From: Eledone cirrhosa
Lineage: Eukaryota
Reading direction: 5' to 3'
DNA length: 64,000 bases
NCBI GenBank assembly: GCA_964016885.1
Contig: OZ024741.1
Location: 410,316,001 to 410,380,000, forward strand
The first letter of the stretch is position 1. Each line of letters opens with the position of its first letter. Below are positions 27,241 through 42,700 of this stretch, one piece after another. The notes under the pieces were generated by a model. The model ran no database searches and was not told the origin of the DNA. It saw nothing but the letters and a program-made list of their open reading frames with translations. The translations under genes were made by a program, and so were the position numbers.

Positions 27241-30200
27241 AATGTAAGACACTGTCTATGTTGTTTAACCCTTTCATTACCATATTTCTAATGTAAGAGA
27301 CTGTCTATGTTGTTTAACCCTTTCATTACCATATTTCTAATGTAAGACACTGTCTATGTTGTTTAACCCTTTCATTACCATATTTCTAATGTAAGAGACT
27401 GTCTATGTTGTTTAACCCTTTCATTACCATATTTCTAATGTAAGACACTGTCTATGTTGTTTAACCCTTCCATTACCATATTTCTAATGAAAGACATTGT
27501 CTATCTTGTTTAACCCTTTCATTACCATATTTCTCATGACTCTGTCTATGTTGTTTAACCCTTTCATTACCACATTTATAATGTAAGACACTGTCTATGT
27601 TATTTAACCCTTTAACTACCATATTTCTACTGTAAGACAGTGTCTATGTTGTTTAACCCTTTCATTACCATATTTCTAATGAAAGACACTGTCTATGTTG
27701 TTTAACCCTTCCATTACCACATTTCTAATGTAAGAAACTGTCTATGTTGTTTAACCCTTTCATTACCATATTTCTAATGTAAGACACTGTCTATGTTGTT
27801 TAACCCTTTCATTACCATATTTCTAACATAAGACACTGTCTATGTTGTTTAACCCTTTCATTACCGTATTTCTAATGAAAGACACTGTCTATGTTGTTTA
27901 ACCCTTTCATTAGCATATTTCTAATGTAAGACACTGTCTATGTTGTTTAACCTTTTCACTACCATCTTTAACACTTTCATTACCATATTTCTAATGTAAG
28001 ACACTGTCTATGTTGTTTAACCCTTTCATTACCATATTTCTAACATAAGACACTGTCTATGTTGTTTAACCCTTTCATTACCGTATTTCTAATGTAAGAC
28101 ACTGTCTATGTTGTTTAACCCTTTCATTACCATATTTCTAATGTAAGACTCTGTCTATGTTGTTTAACCCTTCCATTACCATATTTCTAATGTAAGACAC
28201 TGTCTATGTTGTTTAACCCTTTCATTACCATATTTCTAATGTAAGAGACTGTCTATGTTGTTTAACCCTTCTCATTACCATAATTCTAATGAAAGACACT
28301 GTCTATGTCTTTAACCCTTCCATTACCATATTTTTAATCTAAGACACTGTCTATGTTTTTTAACTCTTCCATTACCATATTTCTAATGAAAGACATTGTC
28401 TATCTTGTTTAACCCTTTCATTACCATATTTCTCATGACTCTGTCTATGTTGTTTAACCCTTTCATTACCATATTTCTAATGTAAGACCCTGTCTATGTT
28501 GTTTAACCCTTTCATTACCTTATTTATAATGTAAGACACCGTCTATGTTGTTTAACCTTTTCACTACCATCTTTAACACTTTCATTACCATATTTCTTAT
28601 GTAAGACACTGTCTATGTTGATAAATCCTTTCATTACCATATTTCTAATGTAAGACACTGTCTATGTTGTTTAACCCTTTCATTACCATATTTCTAATGT
28701 AAGACTCTCTCTATGTTGTTTAACCCTTTCATTACCATATTTCTAACGTAAGACACTGTCTATGTTGTTTAACCCTTTCATTACCATATTTCTAATGTAA
28801 GACTCTGTCTATGTTGTTTAACCCTTCCATTTAAATATTTCTAATGTAAGACACTGTCTATGTTGTTTAACCCTTTCATTACCATAATTCTCATGAAAGA
28901 CACTGTCTATGTCTTTAACCCTTCCATTACCATATTTTTAATCTAAGACTCTGTCTATGTTGTTTAACTCTTCCATTACCATATTTCTAATGTAAGACAC
29001 AGTCTATGTTGTTTAACCCTTTCATTACCATATTTCTAATGAAAGACACTGTCTATGTTATTTATCCCTTTCATTACCATATTTCTAATGTAAGACACTG
29101 TCTATGTTGTTTAACCCTTTCATTACCATATTTCTAATGTAAGACACTGTCTATGTTGTTTAACCCTTTCATTACCATATTTCTAATGTAAGAGACTGTC
29201 TATGTTGTTTAAACCTTTCATTACCATATTTCTAATGTAAGACACTGTCTATGTTGTTTAACCCTTTCATTACCATATTTCTAATGTAAGAGACTGTCTA
29301 TGTTGTTTAACCCTTTCATTATCATATTTCTAATGTAAGACACTGTCTATGTTGTTTAACCCTTCCATTACCATATTTCTAATGAAAGACATTGTCTATC
29401 TTGTTTAACCCTTTCATTACCATATTTCTCATGACTCTGTCTAAGTTGTTTAACCTTTTCATTACCACATTTATAATGTAAGACCCTGTCTATGTTATTT
29501 AAACCTTTCACTACCATATTTCTACTGTAAGACAGTGTCTATGTTGTTTAACGCTTTCATTACCATATTTCTAATGAAAGACACTGTCTATGTTGTTTAA
29601 CCCTTCCATTACCACATTTCTAATGTAAGAAACTGTCTATGTTGTTTAACCCTTTCATTACCATATTTCTAATGTAAGACACTGTCTATGTTGTTTAACC
29701 CTTTCATTACCATATTTCTAACATAAGACACTGTCTATGTTGTTTAACCCTTTCATTACCGTATTTCTAATGAAAGACACTGTCTATGTTGTTTAACCCT
29801 TTCATTAGCATATTTCTAATGTAAGACACTGTCTATGTTGTTTAACCTTTTCACTACCATCTTTAACACTTTCATTACCATATTTCTAATGTAAGACACT
29901 GTCTATGTTGTTTAACCCTTTCATTACCATATTTCTAACATAAGACACTGTCTATGTTGTTTAACCCTTTCATTACCGTATTTCTAATGTAAGACACTGT
30001 CTATGTTGTTTAACCCTTTCATTACCATGTTTCTAATGTAAGACTCTGTCTATGTTGTTTAACCCTTCCATTACCATATTTCTAATGTAAGACACTGTCT
30101 ATGTTGTTTAACCCTTTCATTACCATATTTCTAATGAAAGACACTGTCTATGTTATTTAACCCTTTCATTACCATATTTCTAATGTAAGACACTGTCTAT

Positions 30201-33200
30201 GTTGTTTAACACTTTCATTACCATATTTCTAATGTAAGACACTATCTATGTTGTTTAAACCTTTCATTACCATATTTCTAATGTAAGAGACTGTCTATGT
30301 TGTTTAACCCTTCTCATTACCATAATTCTAATGAAAGACACTGTCTATGTCTTTAACCCTTCCATTACCATATTTTTAATCTAAGACACTGTCTATGTTT
30401 TTTAACTCTTCTATTACCATATTTCTAATGAAAGACATTGTCTATCTTGTTTAACCCTTTCATTACCATATTTCTCATGACTCTGTCTATGTTGTTTAAC
30501 CCTTTCATTACCATATCTTTAATCTAAGACACTGTCTATGTTTTTTAACTCTTCCATTACCATATTTCTAATGAAAGACATTGTCTATCTTGTTTAACCC
30601 TTTCATTACCATATTTCTCATGACTCTGTCTATGTTGTTTAACCCTTTCATTACCATATTTCTAATGTAAGAGACTGTCTATGTTGTTTAACCTTTTTAC
30701 TACCATCTTTAACACTTTCATTACCATGTTTCTTATGTAAGACACTCTCTATGTTGTTTAACCCTTTCATTACCTTATTTATAATGTAAGACACCGTCTA
30801 TGTTGTTTAACCTTTTCACTACCATCTTTAACACTTTCATAACCATATTTCTTATGTAAGACACTCTCTATGTTGTTTAACCCTTTCATTACCATATTTC
30901 TAATGTAAGACCCTGTCTATGTTGTTTAACCCTTTCATTCCCTTATTTATAATGTAAGACACCGTCTATGCTGTTTAACCTTTTCACTACCATCTTTAAC
31001 ACTTTCATTACCATATTTCTTATGTAAGACACTGTCTATGTTGTTTAATCCTTTCATTACCATATTTCTAATGTAAGACACTGTCTATGTTGTTTAACCC
31101 TTTCATTACCATATTTCTAATGTAAGACTATGTCTATGTTGTTTAACCCTTTCATTACCATATTTCTAACGTAAGACACTGTCTATGTTGTTTAACCCTT
31201 TCATTACCGTATTTCTAATGAAAGACACTGTCTATGTTGTTTAACACTTTCATTACCATATTTCTAATGTAAGACTCTGTCTATGTTGTTTAATCCTTTC
31301 ATTACCATATTTCTAATGTAAGACACTGTCTATGTTGTTTAACCCTTTCATTACCATATTTCTAATGTAAGACTCTGTCTATGTTGTTTAACCCTTTCAT
31401 TACCATATTTCTAACGTAAGACACTGTCTATGTTGTTTAACCCTTTCATTACCGTATTTCTAATGAAAGACACTGTCTATGTTGTTTAACCCTTTCATTA
31501 CCATATTTCTGATGTAAGACTCTGTCTATGTTGTTTAACACTTCCATTACCATATTTCTAATGTAAGACACTGTCTATGTTGTTTAACCCTTTCATTACC
31601 ATAATTCTAATGTAAGAGACTGTCTATGTTGTTTAACACTTTCATTACCATATTTCTAATGTAAGACACTGTCTATGTTGTTTAACCCTTTCATTACCAT
31701 ATTTCTAACATAAGACACTGTCTATGTTGTTTAACCCTTTCATTACCGTATTTCTAATGAAAGACACTGTCTATGTTGTTTAACACTTTCATTAGCATAT
31801 TTCTAATGTAAGACACTGTCTATGTTGTTTAACCTTTTCACTACCATCTTTAACACTTTCATTACCATATTTCTTATGTAAGACACTCTCTATGTTGTTT
31901 AACCCTTTCATTACCATATTTCTAATCTAAGACTCTGTCTATGTTGTTTAACTCTTCCATTACCATATTTCTAATGTAAGACACAGTCTATGTTGTTTAA
32001 CCCTTTCATTACCATATTTCTAATGAAAGACACTGTCTACGTTATTTATCCCTTTCCTTACCATATTTCTAATGTAAGACACTGTCTATGTTGTTTAACC
32101 CTTTCATTACCATATTTCTAATGTAAGACACTGTCTATGTTGTTTAACCCTTTCATTACCATATTTCTAATGTAAGAGACTGTCTATGTTGTTTAACCCT
32201 TTCATTACCATAATTCTCATGAAAGACACTGTCTATGTCTTTAACCCTTCCATTACCATATTTTTAATCTAAGACTCTGTCTATGTTGTTTAACTCTTCC
32301 ATTACCATATTTCTAATGTAAGACACAGTCTATGTTGTTTAACCCTTTCATTACCATATTTCTAATGAAAGACACTGTCTATGTTATTTATCCCTTTCAT
32401 TACCATATTTCTAATGTAAGACACTGTCTATGTTGTTTAACCCTTTCATTACCATATTTCTAATGTAAGACACTGTCTATGTTGTTTAACCCTTTCATTA
32501 CCATATTTCTAATGTAAGACACTGTCTATGTTGTTTAACCCTTTCATTACCATATTTCTAATGTAAGAGACTGTCTATGTTGTTTAACCCTTTCATTACC
32601 ATATTTCTAATGTAAGACACTGTCTATGTTGTTTAACCCTTCCATTACCATATTTCTAATGAAAGACATTGTCTATCTTGTTTAACCCTTTCATTACCAT
32701 ATTTCTCATGACTCTGTCTATGTTGTTTAACCCTTTCATTACCACATTTATAATGTAAGACACTGTCTATGTTATTTAACCCTTTCACTACCATATTTCT
32801 ACTGTAAGACAGTGTCTATGTTGTTTAACCCTTTCATTACCATATTTCTAATGAAAGACACTGTCTATGTTGTTTAACCCTTCCATTACCACATTTCTAA
32901 TGTAAGAAACTGTCTATGTTGTTTAACCCTTTCATTACCATATTTCTAATGTAAGACACTGTCTATGTTGTTTAACCCTTTCATTACCATATTTCTAACA
33001 TAAGACACTGTCTATGTTGTTTAACCCTTTCATTACCGTATTTCTAATGAAAGACACTGTCTATGTTGTTTAACCCTTTCATTAGCATATTTCTAATGTA
33101 AGACACTGTCTATGTTGTTTAACCTTTTCACTACCATCTTTAACACTTTCATTACCATATTTCTAATGTAAGACACTGTCTATGTTGTTTAACCCTTTCA

Positions 33201-36200
33201 TTACCATATTTCTAACATAAGACACTGTCTATGTTGTTTAACCCTTTCATTACCGTATTTCTAATGTAAGACACTGTCTATGTTGTTTAACCCTTTCATT
33301 ACCATATTTCTAATGTAAGACTCTGTCTATGTTGTTTAACCCTTCCATTACCATATTTCTAATGTAAGACACTGTCTATGTTGTTTAACCCTTTCATTAC
33401 CATATTTCTAATGTAAGAGACTGTCTATGTTGTTTAACCCTTCTCATTACCATAATTCTAATGAAAGACACTGTCTATGTCTTTAACCCTTCCATTACCA
33501 TATTTTTAATCTAAGACACTGTCTATGTTTTTTAACTCTTCCATTACCATATTTCTAATGAAAGACATTGTCTATCTTGTTTAACCCTTTCATTACCATA
33601 TTTCTCATGACTCTGTCTATGTTGTTTAACCCTTTCATTACCATATTTCTAATGTAAGACCCTGTCTATGTTGTTTAACCCTTTCATTACCTTATTTATA
33701 ATGTAAGACACCGTCTATGTTGTTTAACCTTTTCACTACCATCTTTAACACTTTCATTACCATATTTCTTATGTAAGACACTGTCTATGTTGATAAATCC
33801 TTTCATTACCATATTTCTAATGTAAGACACTGTCTATGTTGTTTAACACTTTCATTACCATATTTCTAATGTAAGACTCTCTCTATGTTGTTTAACCCTT
33901 TCATTACCATATTTCTAACGTAAGACACTGTCTATGTTGTTTAACCCTTTCATTACCATATTTCTAATGTAAGACTCTGTCTATGTTGTTTAACCCTTCC
34001 ATTTAAATATTTCTAATGTAAGACACTGTCTATGTTGTTTAACCCTTTCATTACCATAATTCTCATGAAAGACACTGTCTATGTCTTTAACCCTTCCATT
34101 ACCATATTTTTAATCTAAGACTCTGTCTATGTTGTTTAACTCTTCCATTACCATATTTCTAATGTAAGACACAGTCTATGTTGTTTAACCCTTTCATTAC
34201 CATATTTCTAATGAAAGACACTGTCTATGTTATTTATCCCTTACATTACCATATTTCTAATGTAAGACACTGTCTATGTTGTTTAACCCTTTCATTACCA
34301 TATTTCTAATGTAAGACACTGTCTATGTTGTTTAACCCTTTCATTACCATATTTCTAATGTAAGAGACTGTCTATGTTGTTTAACCCTTTCATTACCATA
34401 TTTCTAATGTAAGACACTGTCTATGTTGTTTAACCCTTTCATTACCATATTTCTAATGTAAGAGACTGTCTATGTTGTTTAACCCTTTCATTATCATATT
34501 TCTAATGTAAGACACTGTCTATGTTGTTTAACCCTTCCATTACCATATTTCTAATGAAAGACATTGTCTATCTTGTTTAACCCTTTCATTACCATATTTC
34601 TCATGACTCTGTCTAAGTTGTTTAACCTTTTCATTACCACATTTATAATGTAAGACACTGTCTATGTTATTTAAACCTTTCACTACCATATTTCTACTGT
34701 AAGACAGTGTCTATGTTGTTTAACCCTTTCATTACCATATTTCTAATGAAAGACACTGTCTATGTTGTTTAACCCTTCCATTACCACATTTCTAATGTAA
34801 GAAACTGTCTATGTTGTTTAACCCTTTCATTACCATATTTCTAATGTAAGACACTGTCTATGTTGTTTAACCCTTTCATTACCATATTTCTAACATAAGA
34901 CACTGTCTATGTTGTTTAACCCTTTCATTACCGTATTTCTAATGAAAGACACTGTCTATGTTGTTTAACCCTTTCATTAGCAGATTTCTAATGTAAGACA
35001 CTGTCTATGTTGTTTAACCTTTTCACTACCATCTTTAACACTTTCATTACCATATTTCTAATGTAAGACACTGTCTATGTTGTTTAACCCTTTCATTACC
35101 ATATTTCTAACATAAGACACTGTCTATGTTGTTTAACCCTTTCATTACCATGTTTCTAATGTAAGACTCTGTCTATGTTGTTTAACCCTTCCATTACCAT
35201 ATTTCTAATGTAAGACACTGTCTATGTTGTTTAACCCTTTCATTACCATATTTCTAATGAAAGACACTGTCTATGTTATTTAACCCTTTCATTACCATAT
35301 TTCTAATGTAAGACACTGTCTATGTTGTTTAACACTTTCATTACCATATTTCTAATGTAAGACACTATCTATGTTGTTTAAACCTTTCATTACCATATTT
35401 CTAATGTAAGAGACTGTCTATGTTGTTTAACCCTTCTCATTACCATAATTCTAATGAAAGACACTGTCTATGTCTTTAACCCTTCCATTACCATATTTTT
35501 AATCTAAGACACTGTCTATGTTTTTTAACTCTTCCATTACCATATTTCTAATGAAAGACATTGTCTATCTTGTTTAACCCTTTCATTACCATATTTCTCA
35601 TGACTCTGTCTATGTTGTTTAACCCTTTCATTACCATATTTTTAATCTAAGACACTGTCTATGTTTTTTAACTCTTCCATTACCATATTTCTAATGAAAG
35701 ACATTGTCTATCTTGTTTAACCCTTTCATTACCATATTTCTCATGACTCTGTCTATGTTGTTTAACCCTTTCATTACCATATTTCTAATGTAAGAGACTG
35801 TCTATGTTGTTTAACCTTTTTACTACCATCTTTAACACTTTCATTACCATATTTCTTATGTAAGACACTCTCTATGTTGTTTAACCCTTTCATTACCTTA
35901 TTTATAATGTAAGACACCGTCTATGTTGTTTAACCTTTTCACTACCATCTTTAACACTTTCATTACCATATTTCTTATGTAAGACACTCTCTATGTTGTT
36001 TAACCCTTTCATTACCATATTTCTAATGTAAGACCCTGTCTATGTTGTTTAACCCTTTCATTCCCTTATTTATAATGTAAGACACCGTCTATGTTGTTTA
36101 ACCTTTTCACTACCATCTTTAACACTTTCATTACCATATTTCTTATGTAAGACACTGTCTATGTTGTTTAATCCTTTCATTACCATATTTCTAATGTAAG

Positions 36201-36700
36201 ACACTGTCTATGTTGTTTAACCCTTTCATTACCATATTTCTAAAGTAAGACTATGTCTATGTTGTTTAACCCTTTCATTACCATATTTCTAACGTAAGAC
36301 ACTGTCTATGTTGTTTAACCCTTTCATTACCGTATTTCTAATGAAAGACACTGTCTATGTTGTTTAACACTTTCATTACCATATTTCTAATGTAAGACTC
36401 TGTCTATGTTGTTTAATCCTTTCATTACCATATTTCTAATGTAAGACACTGTCTATGTTGTTTAACCCTTTCATTACCATATTTCTAATGTAAGACACTG
36501 TCTATGTTGTTTAACCCTTTCATTACCGTATTTCTAATGAAAGACACTGTCTATGTTGTTTAACCCTTTCATTACCATATTTCTGATGTAAGACTCTGTC
36601 TATGTTGTTTAACCCTTCCATTACCATATTTCTAATGTAAGACACTATCTATGTTGTTTAACCCTTTCATTACCATAATTCTAATGTAAGAGACTGTCTA
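26400..36700. repeat. ~5.1-5.2-kb higher-order tandem duplication (approximate bounds)
   Basis: CTCATTACCATAATTC at 28271/33443 (5172) and 30313/35436 (5123). ATCATATTTC at 29321/34493 (5172). AACATAAG at 26486/31707 (5221). Offsets differ by whole monomers. Confidence 0.85.
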
Positions 36701-39700
36701 TGTTGTTTAACACTTTCATTACCATATTTCTAATGTAAGACACTGTCTATGTTGTTTAACCCTTTCATTACCATATTTCTAATGTAAGAGACTGTCTATG
36801 TTGTTTAACCCTTTCATTACCATATTTCTAATGTAAGACACTGTCTATGTTGTTTAACCCTTCCATTACCATATTTCTAATGAAAGACATTGTCTATCTT
36901 GTTTAACCCTTTCATTACCATATTTCTCATGACTCTGTCTATGTTGTTTAACCCTTTCATTACCACATTTATAATGTAAGACACTGTCTATGTTATTTAA
37001 CCCTTTCATTACCATATTTCTACTGTAAGACAGTGTCTATGTTGTTTAACCCTTTCATTACCATATTTCTAATGAAAGACACTGTCTATGTTGTTTAACC
37101 CTTCCATTACCACATTTCTAATGTAAGAAACTGTCTATGTTGTTTAACCCTTTCATTACCATATTTCTAATGTAAGACACTGTCTATGTTGTTTAACCCT
37201 TTCATTACCATATTTCTAACATAAGACACTGTCTATGTTGTTTAACCCTTTCATTACCGTATTTCTAATGAAAGACACTGTCTATGTTGTTTAACACTTT
37301 CATTAGCATATTTCTAATGTAAGACACTGTCTATGTTGTTTAACCTTTTCACTACCATCTTTAACACTTTCATTACCATATTTCTTATGTAAGACACTCT
37401 CTATGTTGTTTAACCCTTTCATTACCATATTTCTAATCTAAGACTCTGTCTATGTTGTTTAACTCTTCCATTACCATATTTCTAATGTAAGACACAGTCT
37501 ATGTTGTTTAACCCTTTCAGTACCATATTTCTAATGAAAGACACTGTCTATGTTATTTATCCCTTTCATTACCATATTTCTAATGTAAGACACTGTCTAT
37601 GTTTTTTAACTCTTCCATTACCATATTTCTAATGAAAGACATTGTCTATCTTGTTTAACCCTTTCATTACCATATTTCTCATGACTCTGTCTATGTTGTT
37701 TAACCCTTTCATTACCATATTTCTAATGTAAGACCCTGTCTATGTTGGTTAACCCTTTCATTACCTTATTTATAATGTAAGACACCGTCTATGTTGTTTA
37801 ACCTTTTCACTACCATCTTTAATACTTTCGTTACCATATTTCTTATGTAAGACACTGTCTATGTTGTTTAATCCTTTCATTACCATATTTCTAATGTAAG
37901 ACACTGTCTATGTTGTTTAACCCTTTCATTACCATATTTCTAATGTAAGACTCTGTCTATGTTGTTTAACCCTTTCATTACCATATTTCTAATGTAAGAC
38001 ACTGTCTATGTTGTTTAACCCTTTCATTACCATATTTCTAATGAAAGACACTGTCTATGTTGTTTAACCCTTTCATTACCATATTTTCTATGTAAACACT
38101 GTCTATGTTGTTTAACCCTTTCATTGCCATATTTCTAATGTAAGAGACTGTCTATGTTGTTTAACCCTTTCATTACCATAATTCTAATGAAAGACACTGT
38201 CTATGTCTTTAACCCTTCCATTACCATATTTTTAATCTAAGACACTGTCTATGTTTTTTAACTCTTCCTTTATACTTCTAATGTAAGACACTGTCTATGT
38301 TGTTTAACCCTTTCATTACCATATTTCTAACGTAAGACACTGTCTATGTTGTTTAACACTTTCATTACCATATTTCTTATGTAAGACACTCTCTATGTTG
38401 TTTAACCCTTTCATTACCATATTTCTAATGCAAGACCCTGTCTATGTTGTTTAACCCTTTCATTACCTTATTTATAATGTAAAACACCGTCTATGTTGTT
38501 TAACATTTTCACTACCATCTTTAACACTTTCATTACCATATTTCTTATGTAAGACACTGTCTATGTTGTTTAACCCTTTCATTACCATATTTCTAATGTA
38601 AGACCCTGTCTATGTTGGTTAACCCTTTCATTACCTTATTTATAATGTAAGACACCGTCTATGTTGTTTAACCTTTTCACTACCATCTTTAACACTTTCA
38701 TTACCATATTTCTTATGTAAGACACTGTCTATGTTGTTTAATCCTTTCATTACCATATTTCTAATGTAAGACACTGTCTATGTTGTTTAACCCTTTCATT
38801 ACCATATTTCTAATGTAAGACTCTGTCTATGTTGTTTAACCCTTTCATTACCATATTTCTAACGTAAGACACTGGCTATGTCGTTTAACCCTTTCATTAC
38901 CGTATTTTTAATGAAAGACACTGTCTATGTTGTTTAACCCTTTCATTACCATATTTCTAATGTAAGACTCTGTCTATGTTGTTTAACCCTTCCATTACCA
39001 TATTTTCTATGTAAACACTGTCTATGTTGTTTAACCCTTTCATTACAATATTTCTAATGAAAGACACTGTCTATGTTGTTTAACCCTTTCATTACCATAT
39101 TTCTAATGTAAGACTCTGTCTATGTTGTTTAACCCTTCCATTACCATATTTTTAATCTAAGACACTGTCTATGTTGTTTAACCTTTTCACTACCATCTTT
39201 AACACTTGCATTACCATATTTCTTATGTAAGACACTGTCTATGTTGTTTAATCCTTTCACTACCATATTTTTAATCTAAGACACTGTCTATGTTTTTTAA
39301 CTCTTCCTTTACCATACTTCTAATCTAAGACACTGTCTATGTTTTTTAACTCTTCCATTACCATATTTCTAATGAAAGACATTGTCTATCTTGTTTAACC
39401 CTTTCATTACCATATTTCTCATGACTCTGTCTATGTTGTTTAACCCTTTCATTACCATATTTCTAATGTAAGACCCTGTCTATGTTGTTTAACCCTTTCA
39501 TTACCTTATTTATAATGTAAGACACCGTCTATGTTGTTTAACCTTTTCACTACCATCTTTAACACTTTCATTACCATATTTCTTATGTAAGACACTGTCT
39601 ATGTTGATAAATCCTTTCATTACCATATTTCTAATGTAAGACACTGTCTATGTTGTTTAACCCTTTCATTACCATATTTCTAATGTAAGAGACTGTCTAT

Positions 39701-42700
39701 GTTGTTTAACCTTTTTACTACCATCTTTAACACTTTCATTACCATATTTCTTATGTAAGACACTCTCTATGTTGTTTAACCCTTTCATTACCTTATTTAT
39801 AATGTAAGACACCGTCTATGTTGTTTAACCTTTTCACTACCATCTTTAACACTTTCATTACCATATTTCTTATGTAAGACACTCTCTATGTTGTTTAACC
39901 CTTTCATTACCATATTTCTAATGTAAGACTATGTCTATGTTGTTTAACCCTTTCATTACCATATTTCTAACGTAAGACACCGTCTATGTTGTTTAACCTT
40001 TTCACTACCATCTTTAACACTTTCATTACCATATTTCTTATGTAAGACACTGTCTATGTTGTTTAATCCTTTCATTACCATATTTCTAATGTAAGACACT
40101 GTCTATGTTGTTTAACCCTTTCATTACCATATTTCTAATGTAAGACTATGTCTATGTTGTTTAACCCTTTCATTACCATATTTCTAACGTAAGACACTGT
40201 CTATGTTGTTTAACCCTTTCATTACCGTATTTCTAATGAAAGACACTGTCTATGTTGTTTAACACTTTCATTACCATATTTCTAACGTAAGACACTGTCT
40301 ATGTTGTTTAACCCTTTCATTACCGTATTTCTAATGAAAGACACTGTCTATGTTGTTTAACACTTTCATTACCATATTTCTAATGTAAGACTCTGTCTAT
40401 GTTGTTTAATCCTTTCATTACCATATTTCTAATGTAAGACACTGTCTATGTTGTTTAACCCTTTCATTACCATATTTCTAATGTAAGACACTGTCTATGT
40501 TGTTTAACCCTTTCATTACCATATTTCTAATGTAAGACTCTGTCTATGTTGTTTAACCCTTTCATTACCATATTTCTAACGTAAGACACTGTCTATGTTG
40601 TTTAACCCTTTCATTACCGTATTTCTAATGAAAGACACTGTCTATGTTGTTTAACCCTTTCATTACCATATTTCTGATGTAAGACTCTGTCTATGTTGTT
40701 TAACCCTTCCATTACCATATTTCTAATGTAAGACACTGTCTATGTTGTTTAACCCTTTCATTACCATAATTCTAATGTAAGAGACTGTCTATGTTGTTTA
40801 ACACTTTCATTACCATATTTCTAATGTAAGACACTGTCTATGTTGTTTAACCCTTTCATTACCATATTTCTAATGTAAGAGACTGTCTATGTTGTTTAAC
40901 CCTTTCATTACCATATTTCTAATGTAAGACACTGTCTATGTTGTTTAACCCTTCCATTACCATATTTCTAATGAAAGACATTGTCTATCTTGTTTAACCC
41001 TTTCATTACCATATTTCTCATGACTCTGTCTATGTTGTTTAACCCTTTCATTACCACATTTATAATGTAAGACACTGTCTATGTTATTTAACCCTTTCAT
41101 TACCATATTTCTACTGTAAGACAGTGTCTATGTTGTTTAACCCTTTCATTACCATATTTCTAATGAAAGACACTGTCTATGTTGTTTAACCCTTCCATTA
41201 CCACATTTCTAATGTAAGAAACTGTCTATGTTGTTTAACCCTTTCATTACCATATTTCTAATGTAAGACACTGTCTATGTTGTTTAACCCTTTCATTACC
41301 ATATTTCTAACATAAGACACTGTCTATGTTGTTTAACACTTTCATTAGCATATTTCTAATGTAAGACACTGTCTATGTTGTTTAACCTTTTCACTACCAT
41401 CTTTAACACTTTCATTACCATATTTCTTATGTAAGACACTCTCTATGTTGTTTAACCCTTTCATTACCATATTTCTAATCTAAGACTCTGTCTATGTTGT
41501 TTAACTCTTCCATTACCATATTTCTAATGTAAGACACAGTCTATGTTGTTTAACCCTTTCATTACCATATTTCTAATGAAAGACACTGTCTATGTTATTT
41601 ATCCCTTTCATTACCATATTTCTAATGTAAGACACTGTCTATGTTTTTTAACTCTTCCATTACCATATTTCTAATGAAAGACATTGTCTATCTTGTTTAA
41701 CCCTTTCATTACCATATTTCTCATGACTCTGTCTATGTTGTTTAACCCTTTCATTACCATATTTCCAATGTAAGACCCTGTCTATGTTGGTTAACCCTTT
41801 CATTACCTTATTTATAATGTAAGACACCGTCTATGTTGTTTAACCTTTTCACTACCATCTTTAACACTTTCGTTACCATATTTCTTATGTAAGACACTGT
41901 CTATGTTGTTTAATCCTTTCATTACCATATTTCTAATGTAAGACACTGTCTATGTTGTTTAACCCTTTCATTACCATATTTCTAATGTAAGACTCTGTCT
42001 ATGTTGTTTAACCCTTTCATTACCATATTTCTAATGTAAGACACTGTCTATGTTGTTTAACCCTTTCATTACCATATTTCTAATGAAAGACACTGTCTAT
42101 GTTGTTTAACCCTTTCATTACCATATTTTCTATGTAAACACTGTCTATGTTGTTTAACCCTTTCATTGCCATATTTCTAATGTAAGACACTGTCTATGTT
42201 GTTTAACCCTTTCATTACCATATTTCTAATGTAAGACTCTGTCTATGTTGTTTAACCCTTTCATTACCATATTTCTAACGTAAGACACTGGCTATGTCGT
42301 TTAACCCTTTCATTACCGTATTTTTAATGAAAGACACTGTCTATGTTGTTTAACCCTTTCATTACCATATTTCTAATGTAAGACTCTGTCTATGTTGTTT
42401 AACCCTTCCATTACCATATTTTCTATGTAAACACTGTCTATGTTGTTTAACCCTTTCATTACAATATTTCTAATGAAAGACACTGTCTATGTTGTTTAAC
42501 CCTTTCATTACCATATTTCTAATGTAAGACTCTGTCTATGTTGTTTAACCCTTCCATTACCATATTTTTAATCTAAGACACTGTCTATGTTGTTTAACCT
42601 TTTCACTACCATCTTTAACACTTGCATTACCATATTTCTTATGTAAGACACTGTCTATGTTGTTTAATCCTTTCACTACCATATTTTTAATCTAAGACAC

